Source: a virus (taxonomy: Duplodnaviria > Caudoviricetes). Taken from it: a stretch of 54,698 nt of DNA. The DNA lies in the IMG/VR virus record IMGVR_UViG_3300032334_000224, positions 1 to 54,698 of that record; one strand, given 5' to 3'. The notes under the pieces are model-generated. The model was given only the letters and a program-made list of their open reading frames with translations, did no database searches and was not told the origin of the DNA. Below, one piece after another: positions 43,474 through 52,794 of the stretch (position 1 is its first letter; every line of letters starts with the position of its first letter). The position numbers were made by a program, and so were the translations under genes.

Positions 43474-46400
43474 TTAAATCTCTCCTGTATTTTTAACACG
43501 TAGTGGAATGTAGATGAATTCAATAGCCTTAACTGGTTCAATAGCAACGTCTACCCACAGCTCATTACGATCGATTCTGCTGTTTGTGTTGTTTGTTTCA
43601 TCACAAACCACAGCAAAGTCATAAAGTGCTCTTAGACCTACTAGTTCTAATAACAAGCTCTCTACTGCCTGCTTGATCTCATCACGTGTGATCTTATCGT
43701 TTGGTTCAAACACATATGGACGAGCTAGCTTGTTCAACTGGCTACGTAGGTAAACTACCAAACGTGCTACGTTGATTCTATCTAATGCACTTGCGTTTCT
43801 TGCACGAGTCTTCTGACCATAGTTAACCAAGCCAACACCGTTAAAGAATGTGATTGGGTTAATCTTTAGATCATATAGTGTATCGCGTTGTCCGTTGTTC
43901 AATGCTACTGTTTGGAACTCGCCGCTTGTGGAATCTAAGTAACCAACTGCTGTTGCGTTAGTAATGCCACCGCGTCTTGTACCTGCTGGAGCAAACCATG
44001 GATATGAAACGTTGTCGCTTAGAGCGATAGTTTTCAACATCAAGTGACTTGCTGGAACAACTGCGTTTGTACCGCTTAGGTCTGTGGTAAATCCATTCGG
44101 ATAAAACACTGCCATATATTCGTCATATGTAACAATACCGTTGTCACCGTTGTCAGTGACTAAGTTGGCGTTTGTACCCCAGTTAGTCAATGATGTAGCA
44201 TCAGCTGGTAAGCGGAATGGTGTATCACCGACCACGAACGCTGTCAAGCCACGGTCGATATTCAAGTTAACTAGGTTGCTCATTAGCTCAGGATATCCTG
44301 GGCAAGCAATCAAGTTAAAGTTACGTCTTTCTTCGTCACGGATTTCAGCACTTGTGTCAACTACACTCTTCATTGCTGCTACAATAACAGCACGTTGAGC
44401 GTGGCGACCAAATGTTCCTGAACCGTCTTCGTTATTTGGTGAAGCTGTAGTCCAGCGATCAGTTGCATAAGCACTCATGCTTGCATTGTTCATGCGTGGA
44501 TTATCATCAGCTGTGTTAACATAGTTGTTGTTGTAACGTTTTACGTTACCACCACTTCTACGTAGGTTCCATAGCAACATACCTTTTGGATATAGTGCAG
44601 GATCTGGAGCGTCAAAGTCTAAGAAGTCGCTAGTTAGAAGATCTTTAATAGATGCTGCTGTGTTACCAGTTGCACCAGCTGCGCCATAACGTGCATCAGC
44701 AAACAAAATACCTTCTTCTGTTACTTGGTCAGTCTTGTCGATCTGAGTCCATTCTAAGTTAGTTGCACTCCAACGATAGATAGTTGGGAAGTCTTCTAGC
44801 GGTGCTGTGCTGATCCATAGATCGCCTTCAACTAATGCTGTACCATCGCTTTGTGTAGTTGGTTTAGTAGCAGTTACTTGTGGACCGCTTGGATCTGTAG
44901 TAGCATATCCTGCGCTGAAGTTTTTGTAACCTTTCCAAGTTGTGCCGTTGTGAATCATAATATCCACTTCGCTGAACTCTGGATTGTACCATAGTTGGCC
45001 ATCTGCTGGCTCGTTTAATGGCTCATTGCTGGTAGCATGGAACCCAGCTACGCAGAATGGTTGCCAGTTAGAAGCTAGATAATCTTCTGTTGCTGCTGTT
45101 GGCAATGCGTAGAAGTTTGCTGTGCCTGCTGAAGTATCAAGATTGAATACTGCAAACAACAATGAAACAGGAGCGCCTGTACCATCTGTGAATCTAATGT
45201 CACCACCTAACTTGTGATAAATCTGTAGTTCGTTAGCATCAGTTACAGAAGCTTCAACGTTAACAAAACCTGCTGCGTTAATAGCTGCGGCAATAGTTAA
45301 TGCGTCAGCTGCTGAGTTAGCTGCTGTAAAGCTGATTGTTTTTGCTGTGTCAAGACCAGCTTGGCCTTTGATCGACTCAGCCATTGTAAATGTTTTTGCA
45401 CCAACTGTAAGTGTACCTGTTGCAACTACTGTTGAAGTAATAGATGTATTACCAGTTGATGCTCTACGCCACATTCTAAAAGAAGCTGTTGCAGGGCTTA
45501 AATCATATCCTGATTCTTCATCAGCATTTGATTGAACTGTTAATGTGTTCACTGATAGATTTAATCCACCACCAGAACGATCTAGATAATACAAAGCAGC
45601 GTTAGTTGTAGCATAGATAGGAGCTTCTTCTGCTACCCATGATTCTGTAGAACTCTGCCAGTACTTAACTCTCCAACGTGCTCCCATGTTTGGTTCTGTG
45701 GTCTTAACCCATACTGAACCAGTTGGACGTGGATTTGTATCTGTCGACTTCCACTCTGGAACTTGAGTATGTGGAGTCATTTGTAGTGTTGGACCGTAGA
45801 ATGTACCAGCTGTTAGACCTAGCTGTGTGAAATCTGCTGTACCTGTTGCAATAACGATAGCGTTACTCTTTGTTGAATCGCCAGGACCACCTTGGGTTGT
45901 ACCAAAGTCGTTTGAGCCGTTTGTGTATAGATATAACTTGCTGCTCACTGCACGAGCTGTAATACCTGTTAGGCCTAGTCCATTGATTGTGGATACCAAG
46001 TTAGTTAATGATTGGCCGCCGCTGATATTTACAGTTGTGCCGTTGATTGTAAAGTTACCTGCAGTTAGTGTTGCTGCAGAAATAGTATTGCTTACTACTG
46101 TTGGGAGGCTTGCTGCCCAATCGTTAGAACCAACTAATACCCATTGTCCAACTGCAACACCAGCTTGTGTATTGCCTGCTGATTTCAAATAGATCTTTGC
46201 ATATTCTCTGCTGGCTGTAAATGAACCTGTGCCTTTTACAGTTTGGAATACCACAGCGTAGTCGCCGATAGAACCAACTGAAGTTCTTGGAACACCACTT
46301 AGTACTTTTGCTTCGTCGTCGTCAGTTAATACCATTGGGTCTTTGCTGGCAAATTTCTGACCGCCAGTTGTGCTAACTGCTGCACCATTCCATTCTTGGA

Positions 46401-46839
46401 TGCCGAACGCTGTGTCTTGTGTGTTTACCCACCATGCGCCGTTGTTTGGCATTGCTCCCGGGGCGTCTGCTGATCCTTCTAGCTGTGCTAGGTCGACGTC
46501 AGCACGTACTAGGAAGGCTGCGTTGCTAACTCCTAGCAAGCTGTAAGCTGCTAAAAGTCCATATTCGTTTCTTTCGCCACCGTGTACTGGATTTGCGGAA
46601 GCTGTCTTCTCGAAAAACGGTACACCAAACATATCTACTAGATCTTTTTGGCTGGTTAGTTTAAATGCTTTTCCAGCATTTGCTTTTGTGGTAGCTGCGG
46701 CAGTACCTGTGCCTGCTGCATTTGATTTGTCTTGGCCAGTTGCTACAACAATCAGTGGAGTTGTACCTGGCTCTGCAGGTGTATAAAAACTCTCATCGAT
46801 TACCGTAACGCTTACGCCGGGTGATTGTAATGTCGCCAT
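43474..46839 (-). CDS. contractile tail sheath protein (gp18-like) with large insertions
   Basis: L.SPGV.V..D.S N-terminus; PWFAPAG..RG, INPI, LDRINV.RL, FEPND, PVKAIEFI. Confidence 0.96.
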   Translation of the reverse strand: MATLQSPGVSVTVIDESFYTPAEPGTTPLIVVATGQDKSNAAGTGTAAATTKANAGKAFKLTSQKDLVDMFGVPFFEKTASANPVHGGERNEYGLLAAYSLLGVSNAAFLVRADVDLAQLEGSADAPGAMPNNGAWWVNTQDTAFGIQEWNGAAVSTTGGQKFASKDPMVLTDDDEAKVLSGVPRTSVGSIGDYAVVFQTVKGTGSFTASREYAKIYLKSAGNTQAGVAVGQWVLVGSNDWAASLPTVVSNTISAATLTAGNFTINGTTVNISGGQSLTNLVSTINGLGLTGITARAVSSKLYLYTNGSNDFGTTQGGPGDSTKSNAIVIATGTADFTQLGLTAGTFYGPTLQMTPHTQVPEWKSTDTNPRPTGSVWVKTTEPNMGARWRVKYWQSSTESWVAEEAPIYATTNAALYYLDRSGGGLNLSVNTLTVQSNADEESGYDLSPATASFRMWRRASTGNTSITSTVVATGTLTVGAKTFTMAESIKGQAGLDTAKTISFTAANSAADALTIAAAINAAGFVNVEASVTDANELQIYHKLGGDIRFTDGTGAPVSLLFAVFNLDTSAGTANFYALPTAATEDYLASNWQPFCVAGFHATSNEPLNEPADGQLWYNPEFSEVDIMIHNGTTWKGYKNFSAGYATTDPSGPQVTATKPTTQSDGTALVEGDLWISTAPLEDFPTIYRWSATNLEWTQIDKTDQVTEEGILFADARYGAAGATGNTAASIKDLLTSDFLDFDAPDPALYPKGMLLWNLRRSGGNVKRYNNNYVNTADDNPRMNNASMSAYATDRWTTASPNNEDGSGTFGRHAQRAVIVAAMKSVVDTSAEIRDEERRNFNLIACPGYPELMSNLVNLNIDRGLTAFVVGDTPFRLPADATSLTNWGTNANLVTDNGDNGIVTYDEYMAVFYPNGFTTDLSGTNAVVPASHLMLKTIALSDNVSYPWFAPAGTRRGGITNATAVGYLDSTSGEFQTVALNNGQRDTLYDLKINPITFFNGVGLVNYGQKTRARNASALDRINVARLVVYLRSQLNKLARPYVFEPNDKITRDEIKQAVESLLLELVGLRALYDFAVVCDETNNTNSRIDRNELWVDVAIEPVKAIEFIYIPLRVKNTGEI

Positions 46840-46946
46840 GTACCTATTCTCCTGGTAATAGTTTTGCTCAAAGTATTTAGCAGTTTAGACGGAAACCGGC
46901 TTCTTATACCATAAGATAAAGGGGCTGAAAAGGTGTAAATATCGTT

Positions 46947-47282
46947 ATGAGACCACTTTGTAAATGCGGGCAGAGGCCAAAAGCCGTGAACTATAAGAAA
47001 GAAGGTAGAGTTTACTATCGGAGTCTCTGCGAAATCTGCATGTCACACGGAGTTAATCATGGAATACCCCGCTGGTTTAGAGCAGGGTATAAGATGAAAC
47101 CACAATGTGATAAGTGCGGATTTAAAAGTCCCCACAAAGAAGTTTTTAGAGTATTTCACATAGACGGCGATTTAAACAACTGCCGTCACAACAATCTTAA
47201 AACTGTGTGTTCAAACTGTGCTTCTGTGTTAAGCAAAGAGGGAGTTGCTTGGAGACAAGGTGATCTCACTGCTGACTTTTAA
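46947..47282 (+). CDS. zinc-binding HNH-like protein
   Basis: C.C..C..C; CDKCG..HIDG..N..NL..C.NC; TAAATA-N5-ATG. Confidence 0.8.
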   Translation: MRPLCKCGQRPKAVNYKKEGRVYYRSLCEICMSHGVNHGIPRWFRAGYKMKPQCDKCGFKSPHKEVFRVFHIDGDLNNCRHNNLKTVCSNCASVLSKEGVAWRQGDLTADF

Positions 47283-47888
47283 CAGATCTGCAGACTGTGT
47301 ATACAACTGATCAATAGTACCGTTATTGTTAATGATCTGATCAAAGTCGCTACCTAACCATGCCCATTCAGATGCATGGATTCCCATACGTTTCATTTCG
47401 TTTAGAGAGATGTTTGATCCGTTATTAGCAGCAAGAGCATGTTCGTACCAATCAGGTAATGCTCCACGTTGTACCCAAACAATGGTTCCACCTGCATTTT
47501 TAATGGCTGAGATTTCGTTAGGAAAACGACAATCGCTGATTACCACATTATCTTTTGAGTTACGGATTTTATTTTCTAAGCTGGCAATCCAAATATCATC
47601 ATGGAAGCCTTTGCGACATACTTCGGTACCCCAATATTGCAGCACCCATCTAGGAGTTAGTGTAGGCATTGCCAGTCGTTCTGCCCACCAAGGATCTACA
47701 CATTCGCGCCATTCTCGAGCTTCTTTAGTTCGCCCTTCAAGCATAGTTCGATCCCAGCCAAATACATTTGCTACAGCGTCTTTAAGAGTACTGGCAAATG
47801 ACTCTCGTCTAAATTCATGGAAGTTAACTAGATAGTCAGCAACAGTGTCCTTGCCGCTGCCAATAAAACCGCATATACCTATGATCAT
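47229..47888 (-). CDS. deoxynucleoside monophosphate kinase (T4 gp1-like)
   Basis: GFIGSGKDT, PR..LQ.WGTE, DCRFPNE, HASE. Confidence 0.93.
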   Translation of the reverse strand: MIIGICGFIGSGKDTVADYLVNFHEFRRESFASTLKDAVANVFGWDRTMLEGRTKEAREWRECVDPWWAERLAMPTLTPRWVLQYWGTEVCRKGFHDDIWIASLENKIRNSKDNVVISDCRFPNEISAIKNAGGTIVWVQRGALPDWYEHALAANNGSNISLNEMKRMGIHASEWAWLGSDFDQIINNNGTIDQLYTQSADLLKVSSEITLSPSNSLFA

Positions 47889-47907
47889 AAATGTCTCCTA
47901 TAAAGAC

Positions 47908-47936
47908 ATTATAATATAGATTAGTTATAAGGTCAA
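47908..47936 (-). promoter_or_regulatory. sigma70-type promoter of the dNMP kinase
   Basis: TTGACC-N17-TATAAT; AGGAG SD downstream. Confidence 0.8.
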
Positions 47937-48691
47937 CCAGTTATCCAGGTGTAGCCGCTGCCGCCGGGAACCAATTTCATGAGATCGTCTATGAGCTTGT
48001 CCATTTCAGCTTGTGCTTCGGTTTTCATTGCAGAACCATTTAATGCACTGCCGCCACCGGGTCCTGCGATTTGAGCAAACTTTTCACGTGCTTGGCCTAG
48101 CATCATTTTGCAGTTTGCAAGTGCATAGTCTTTGATCCATTGGCCTGAATAGGCATCGTCGATGATAACAAAATCTGGTTTGATATTATAAACCATTAGC
48201 ATTACTGATTCTTCTGACCTAGGACGTTGATGTATGATCAACTTACGACTCTGTGCATTCCAGGTAAAGTTAATAAATGCACCAAACATTTTACCTACGA
48301 GTTCTTGGTATTGGCTGAATAGTTCATAGGTTAGTAGTCCGCCCATATTTGTTGATGACAGCAAATAGGTATTTGTATAGGCCATATTAAATGGCTCAAA
48401 AACAGTTCCGCCAGACCCACCGCCTGTTCTAGAACCAATGCTTCTTCTAAAAATCTGTCGAACCTGCTGTATTTCTTTAGCTAAAATGTATTCGTTTTGA
48501 TCTACTTGTAGAGTTAGAAATACATAACTTTCTTCTACAGCATTATCTGAACGTTGACGAAATACTGCAAGAGCGCGATTTAATGCTGTTTCGTAGTGGA
48601 TTGGATCGAGTTCTATATCGATCATACCATCGCCTAGCATAGCTTTGCAATAGTCGTAAACTGCTTGTTTGGATTGGTCTATTTGGCTCAT
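47933..48691 (-). CDS. neck protein (gp13-like)
   Basis: LG...IEL, WIKDY.LA..K..LG..R.KF, LNG. Confidence 0.88.
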   Translation of the reverse strand: MSQIDQSKQAVYDYCKAMLGDGMIDIELDPIHYETALNRALAVFRQRSDNAVEESYVFLTLQVDQNEYILAKEIQQVRQIFRRSIGSRTGGGSGGTVFEPFNMAYTNTYLLSSTNMGGLLTYELFSQYQELVGKMFGAFINFTWNAQSRKLIIHQRPRSEESVMLMVYNIKPDFVIIDDAYSGQWIKDYALANCKMMLGQAREKFAQIAGPGGGSALNGSAMKTEAQAEMDKLIDDLMKLVPGGSGYTWITG

Positions 48692-48696
48692 ACTGT

Positions 48697-48717
48697 TATT
48701 TATCGTAGCGGTAAATA
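48697..48717. promoter_or_regulatory. divergent pair of late TAAATA promoters
   Basis: TATTTA at 48697-48702 (-) and TAAATA at 48712-48717 (+), 5 and 7 nt from their ATGs. Confidence 0.75.
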
Positions 48718-48724
48718 TACTACT

Positions 48725-49993
48725 ATGCCAAGACTCAGTTTATACCGTCCCGAAAAGGGCAACGATTTTAGATTTATAGATAAAACCATTTGGGAAATGT
48801 TCCAAGTTGGCGGCACGGATGTGCTAGTCCACAAGTACATAGGCCCGGGCTCATCATCTGCGGGTGCTAGCCCATCTGCTCCTACGTATTCTGGAACAAA
48901 TGAAACCCAGATACAAGATCTGTTATTTTTAGAAAATCGTGATAGAAAATACGATCCCGATGTTTATCTACTTCGCGGAGTTTACAGTATACAAGACATC
49001 GATTTTAATCTAAGTCAGTTTGGTTTATTTTTACAAAATGACACTATTTTTATTACATTCCACATCAATGATACTGTTGAGAAACTAGGAAGAAAAATAA
49101 TGAGCGGTGATGTTATTGAGTTACCGCACTTAAAAGATGAGTTCGCATTAAATGATTTTCAGTTTGCACTAAAAAGATTCTATGTCATTGAAGAAGTTAA
49201 TCGAGCAGCTGAAGGATTTTCAGTAACGTGGTATCCTCATTTATACAGAGCAAAATGTAAACCATTAGTTGATAGTCAAGAGTTTAAGCAGATCCTTGAT
49301 GGCGCTGCTGGCGAAGGCAGCAACCAAAGTCTCAGAGACATTATGTCTACCTATGAAAAAGAAATGCAGATTACTCAAGCAGTTCTTGATCAAGCAGAAG
49401 CAGATGCACCTAAGAGCGGCTTCGACACATCAAAATATTGGACTGTACAAAAAGACGGATTCGGAAATGTTGACCTAGTTACTGTTGATAGTACTGCAAC
49501 AGCAGAATACAGTGCTGACAGCGAGCTACAGGCAACAGATGAAGAAGGTAATCTGTTATTTGATACCGATGGCAATCCAGTATATGTTGGAGCCACAGCA
49601 TCAACGATGAATGTTAGCCCGGATCACAACGACTATCCCGGATATATTATCGGAGACGGTATACCAGGTAACGGTGCTCCGTTAACTTCAGGCATATCTT
49701 TCCCTTTAAATCCTCAGATTGGCCAGTTCTGTTTGAGAAAAGATTATCTACCTAATAGACTTTTTAGATACGACGGTGTACGTTGGATCAAGATAGAAGA
49801 TATTAAACGTATGACTATGAGCAATCTAGGACCAAGCGATACAGGTACCGGCGATAGATTTGAAGGACGAGATGATAGACTTACACAAAAGACCAGCTTC
49901 ATTAATAACAATAAAGAAGCTGTTATTAACAATCATGTAGTTAAAGAAAAACAAAGCCTATCTAAGGCGCTTAGACCACAGGCGGACGAATAA
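48725..49993 (+). CDS. neck protein (gp14-like) with C-terminal extension
   Basis: Start MPRLSLY; LSQFGL, GDVIELP; flanked by gp13-like and gp15-like genes. Confidence 0.75.
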   Translation: MPRLSLYRPEKGNDFRFIDKTIWEMFQVGGTDVLVHKYIGPGSSSAGASPSAPTYSGTNETQIQDLLFLENRDRKYDPDVYLLRGVYSIQDIDFNLSQFGLFLQNDTIFITFHINDTVEKLGRKIMSGDVIELPHLKDEFALNDFQFALKRFYVIEEVNRAAEGFSVTWYPHLYRAKCKPLVDSQEFKQILDGAAGEGSNQSLRDIMSTYEKEMQITQAVLDQAEADAPKSGFDTSKYWTVQKDGFGNVDLVTVDSTATAEYSADSELQATDEEGNLLFDTDGNPVYVGATASTMNVSPDHNDYPGYIIGDGIPGNGAPLTSGISFPLNPQIGQFCLRKDYLPNRLFRYDGVRWIKIEDIKRMTMSNLGPSDTGTGDRFEGRDDRLTQKTSFINNNKEAVINNHVVKEKQSLSKALRPQADE

Positions 49994-51501
49994 TGGATTA
50001 TTTTTATGACGGTCAGATAAGACGCTATGTAACACAGTTTATGCGTGTGTTTATAGGGTTTAAGTATAAAACAGGTGGTGATGTCCCAGAAGAACGTCAA
50101 GTTCCTGTGTTGTATGGCGATATGACTCGTATGGTAGCCAGTATTATTAAAGAAAACTCAGAAAATAAAATGAATACTGTTCCAAGAATCGCTTGTTATA
50201 TCAGCGGTCTTGAACTAGATTCTACAAGATTAACAGATCCAACATTTATTAGTAAAGTTAATATAAGACAACGAGCTTACACTACAGATCAAGATACTGG
50301 TATAGTAGAGTTTCAAAACTATCAGGGCGGAAACTACACTGTTGAAAGATTAATGCCTACCCCATTTAAACTTTCAATGAAAGCAGATATATGGACTTCA
50401 AACACAGATCAAAAACTTCAGCTACTCGAACAACTTTTAGTTTTGTTTAATCCCAGCCTTGAAGTACAGACCACAGACAACTACATAGATTGGACTAGTC
50501 TTAGTGTTATTAACTTATCGAGTTTGACATTTACATCTAGAACCATTCCACAAGGTGGAGAATCTGAAATAGATGTATGCTCGATTGAGTTTGACATGCC
50601 TATATACATATCTCCTCCAACTAAAGTTAAGAAACTTGGTGTTGTAAGATCTATTATTGCCAACATGTTTAATGACGATGGTAGCATAAAAACACTTGAT
50701 GATTTGATTTATAATGTTGAAAATACAGGTGGAACTACTGGATCTGGAAATAGCTCCGGAACCAGTACCGTTAACCTATCCGTACTTGCATCTCAACGTA
50801 AAAATAATCTCAGCGGTAGGTACGGTGTTTATCTGTTTAAATCTGAAAACGGACAATCACACGACTATGATGTAACTTTAATTCTACCCACCAAAGAAGA
50901 TTTTCCAACTAACTGGAGGAAAATGTTAGAAAACTCTGGAGGTTTCATCGACGGAATTAGTAAAATATTCTTTATGCAGCCAACAGGTTATGAAATGGGA
51001 GGAACATTTATCCTCAATCCAATGGATGAATCTAAGTTAATAGTTACTCTAGAAGATATTCCTTCGAACACTAGTATCGACGGAGCATCGTATATTGATG
51101 CTATCATCGATCCTTATAAGTTCAATCCTGTTGAAGTCTATGGCGGACAGGCAAACTTTCCAGCATTACGTTATTTGATGTTAGACGATGTAAATCCAAG
51201 TTCAAATGTAGGACAATCTTATGGACAGCCTAGTGATGACAGCGTTGCTACATTATACGATGGTCCAGATGCATGGAAAGATCTCAACGGAAACGATCCT
51301 GTAATAAAAGCTAACTCTATTATTAAATGGGATACAGTTCTAAAAAAATGGATCACTATATTTGATCCAACTACTACAGACACCACGTATATTACCAACG
51401 CTAGAACCGGCATACAATACCGTTGGGATGGGGAACAGTGGCTGAAATCTTTTGAGGGCGAGTATGCGCCAGGTTATTGGAGATTGCAGTTAGACGGCTG
51501 A
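49993..51501 (+). CDS. tail sheath stabiliser/terminator (gp15-like), extended
   Basis: YFYD.QIRRY, VPV.YG, PRI, P.PF, Q.LEQL..FNP. Confidence 0.85.
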   Translation: MDYFYDGQIRRYVTQFMRVFIGFKYKTGGDVPEERQVPVLYGDMTRMVASIIKENSENKMNTVPRIACYISGLELDSTRLTDPTFISKVNIRQRAYTTDQDTGIVEFQNYQGGNYTVERLMPTPFKLSMKADIWTSNTDQKLQLLEQLLVLFNPSLEVQTTDNYIDWTSLSVINLSSLTFTSRTIPQGGESEIDVCSIEFDMPIYISPPTKVKKLGVVRSIIANMFNDDGSIKTLDDLIYNVENTGGTTGSGNSSGTSTVNLSVLASQRKNNLSGRYGVYLFKSENGQSHDYDVTLILPTKEDFPTNWRKMLENSGGFIDGISKIFFMQPTGYEMGGTFILNPMDESKLIVTLEDIPSNTSIDGASYIDAIIDPYKFNPVEVYGGQANFPALRYLMLDDVNPSSNVGQSYGQPSDDSVATLYDGPDAWKDLNGNDPVIKANSIIKWDTVLKKWITIFDPTTTDTTYITNARTGIQYRWDGEQWLKSFEGEYAPGYWRLQLDG

Positions 51502-51511
51502 TAAGTACGTG

Positions 51512-51907
51512 ATGCAACAACGTGCTGGTTTATTATTCCTCGCTAAAACTACTGGTAGAATCCTTTTGATCTTAGAAGATCAAAAATGGACAGTACCAAC
51601 TTTTCCTAGACAAAATGCACTGCTCGATGATGCACGAATATTGTTAGACCAATATGCACAGGGAAGGATATTGCCCATTGAGCTATATCTGTCAGAAGAT
51701 CGAGGATTTGAATACGGAACGTATGTCTGCTTAGTTGATGCTGAGTTTTTAACAACAGCATGTACAACTATGGCATGGTCGGATTTTGATCATTTGCCAA
51801 AACAACTTCACACTGGTCTTAAGACAACATTAAATAATCAGGTTATACGTGTGAAAATTAATACTATTATGGAGTTAGAAAATGCTACCAACTTTGGAAC
51901 AAAGTGA
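51512..51907 (+). CDS. degenerate Nudix-fold protein
   Basis: RAG.LF.A..TGRILL start and F.Y.TY.C.V..EF, but no Nudix box. Confidence 0.6.
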   Translation: MQQRAGLLFLAKTTGRILLILEDQKWTVPTFPRQNALLDDARILLDQYAQGRILPIELYLSEDRGFEYGTYVCLVDAEFLTTACTTMAWSDFDHLPKQLHTGLKTTLNNQVIRVKINTIMELENATNFGTK

Positions 51908-52139
51908 AAGATTTCAGAAAGAATTTCGAGAGTTCAACGAGAAGATCACACAACTCACTGATACTACTTTAAGAAACGAAATGAACAACTGTTTGATGCA
52001 GTTATTGAGTGAGGTTCGAGCTATCGATCAACATATGTTTGATCCTAAGGCTGCTGAAGTTAGTCAGTCTAGAGATAAAATTGCAGCACTAAGAAAAAAG
52101 TTAGATAGAACTCTTAATCAAACAGTCAAAACTGTGTGA
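51882..52139 (+). CDS. helical hypothetical protein
   Basis: GGAG SD; coiled-coil pattern. Confidence 0.65.
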   Translation: MLPTLEQSERFQKEFREFNEKITQLTDTTLRNEMNNCLMQLLSEVRAIDQHMFDPKAAEVSQSRDKIAALRKKLDRTLNQTVKTV

Positions 52140-52747
52140 GTTTTTCCTGTTCCTGCGGTTCCTTTAAACCAAATATCAAATGATAAAGAATATCTCGTTT
52201 GACGAGATTGGTTAATGCCCACTTCATGCATTGTGGTTGATGGGAACATAACTAGCATTCCTGGTTTTGGAGGAATGCTGACATACGAACAGTTGGTTTT
52301 ATTGATAGATTTATAAGAAAACTCTATAGATCCAAACTTGGTATTTTGCAAATCATGTAAAATAAGATTTCCGCTGTTGGCATCTGATTGCAAATACAAC
52401 ACTCCAGATAAAACACTATTGGGATGATTATGCCTGCGCCCAAACCCTCCATGCTGTGATTTTACAAACCACGATCTGCTGATATAAAACTCTACAGGAT
52501 CAATGACTTCAAACTCTTTGAACATATAGTCATTGACATTTTTCAATATAAAAGATTCTAGGTCTACAAGTTCTAAAGTTTTTAGTATGTTTACTTCTTT
52601 GGTATAAGAAATATTTGTAGGTTCCTGTGCTACATCAGACAGGTCTAACACATATTCGGCTGTTTCAAAGGCAGACTGTTCTTGAGTAGAAAAAGATCTA
52701 CCCAAATCAGCTGTTAATATCGATTTAGAAAAAAGTTGATGTATCAT
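52118..52747 (-). CDS. 2OG-Fe(II) oxygenase-like protein (TIGR02466 type)
   Basis: SW, HNHPNS.LSGVLYL, G.LVMFPS..HEV, R.SLSF. Confidence 0.88.
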   Translation of the reverse strand: MIHQLFSKSILTADLGRSFSTQEQSAFETAEYVLDLSDVAQEPTNISYTKEVNILKTLELVDLESFILKNVNDYMFKEFEVIDPVEFYISRSWFVKSQHGGFGRRHNHPNSVLSGVLYLQSDANSGNLILHDLQNTKFGSIEFSYKSINKTNCSYVSIPPKPGMLVMFPSTTMHEVGINQSRQTRYSLSFDIWFKGTAGTGKTHTVLTV

Positions 52748-52748
52748 A

Positions 52749-52784
52749 AGTTTGCTTGGACATTATTATATATCCAAGCAAACT
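52749..52784. repeat. perfect 12-bp inverted repeat
   Basis: AGTTTGCTTGGA-N12-TCCAAGCAAACT. Confidence 0.85.
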
Positions 52785-52794
52785 GTGATGTTGA

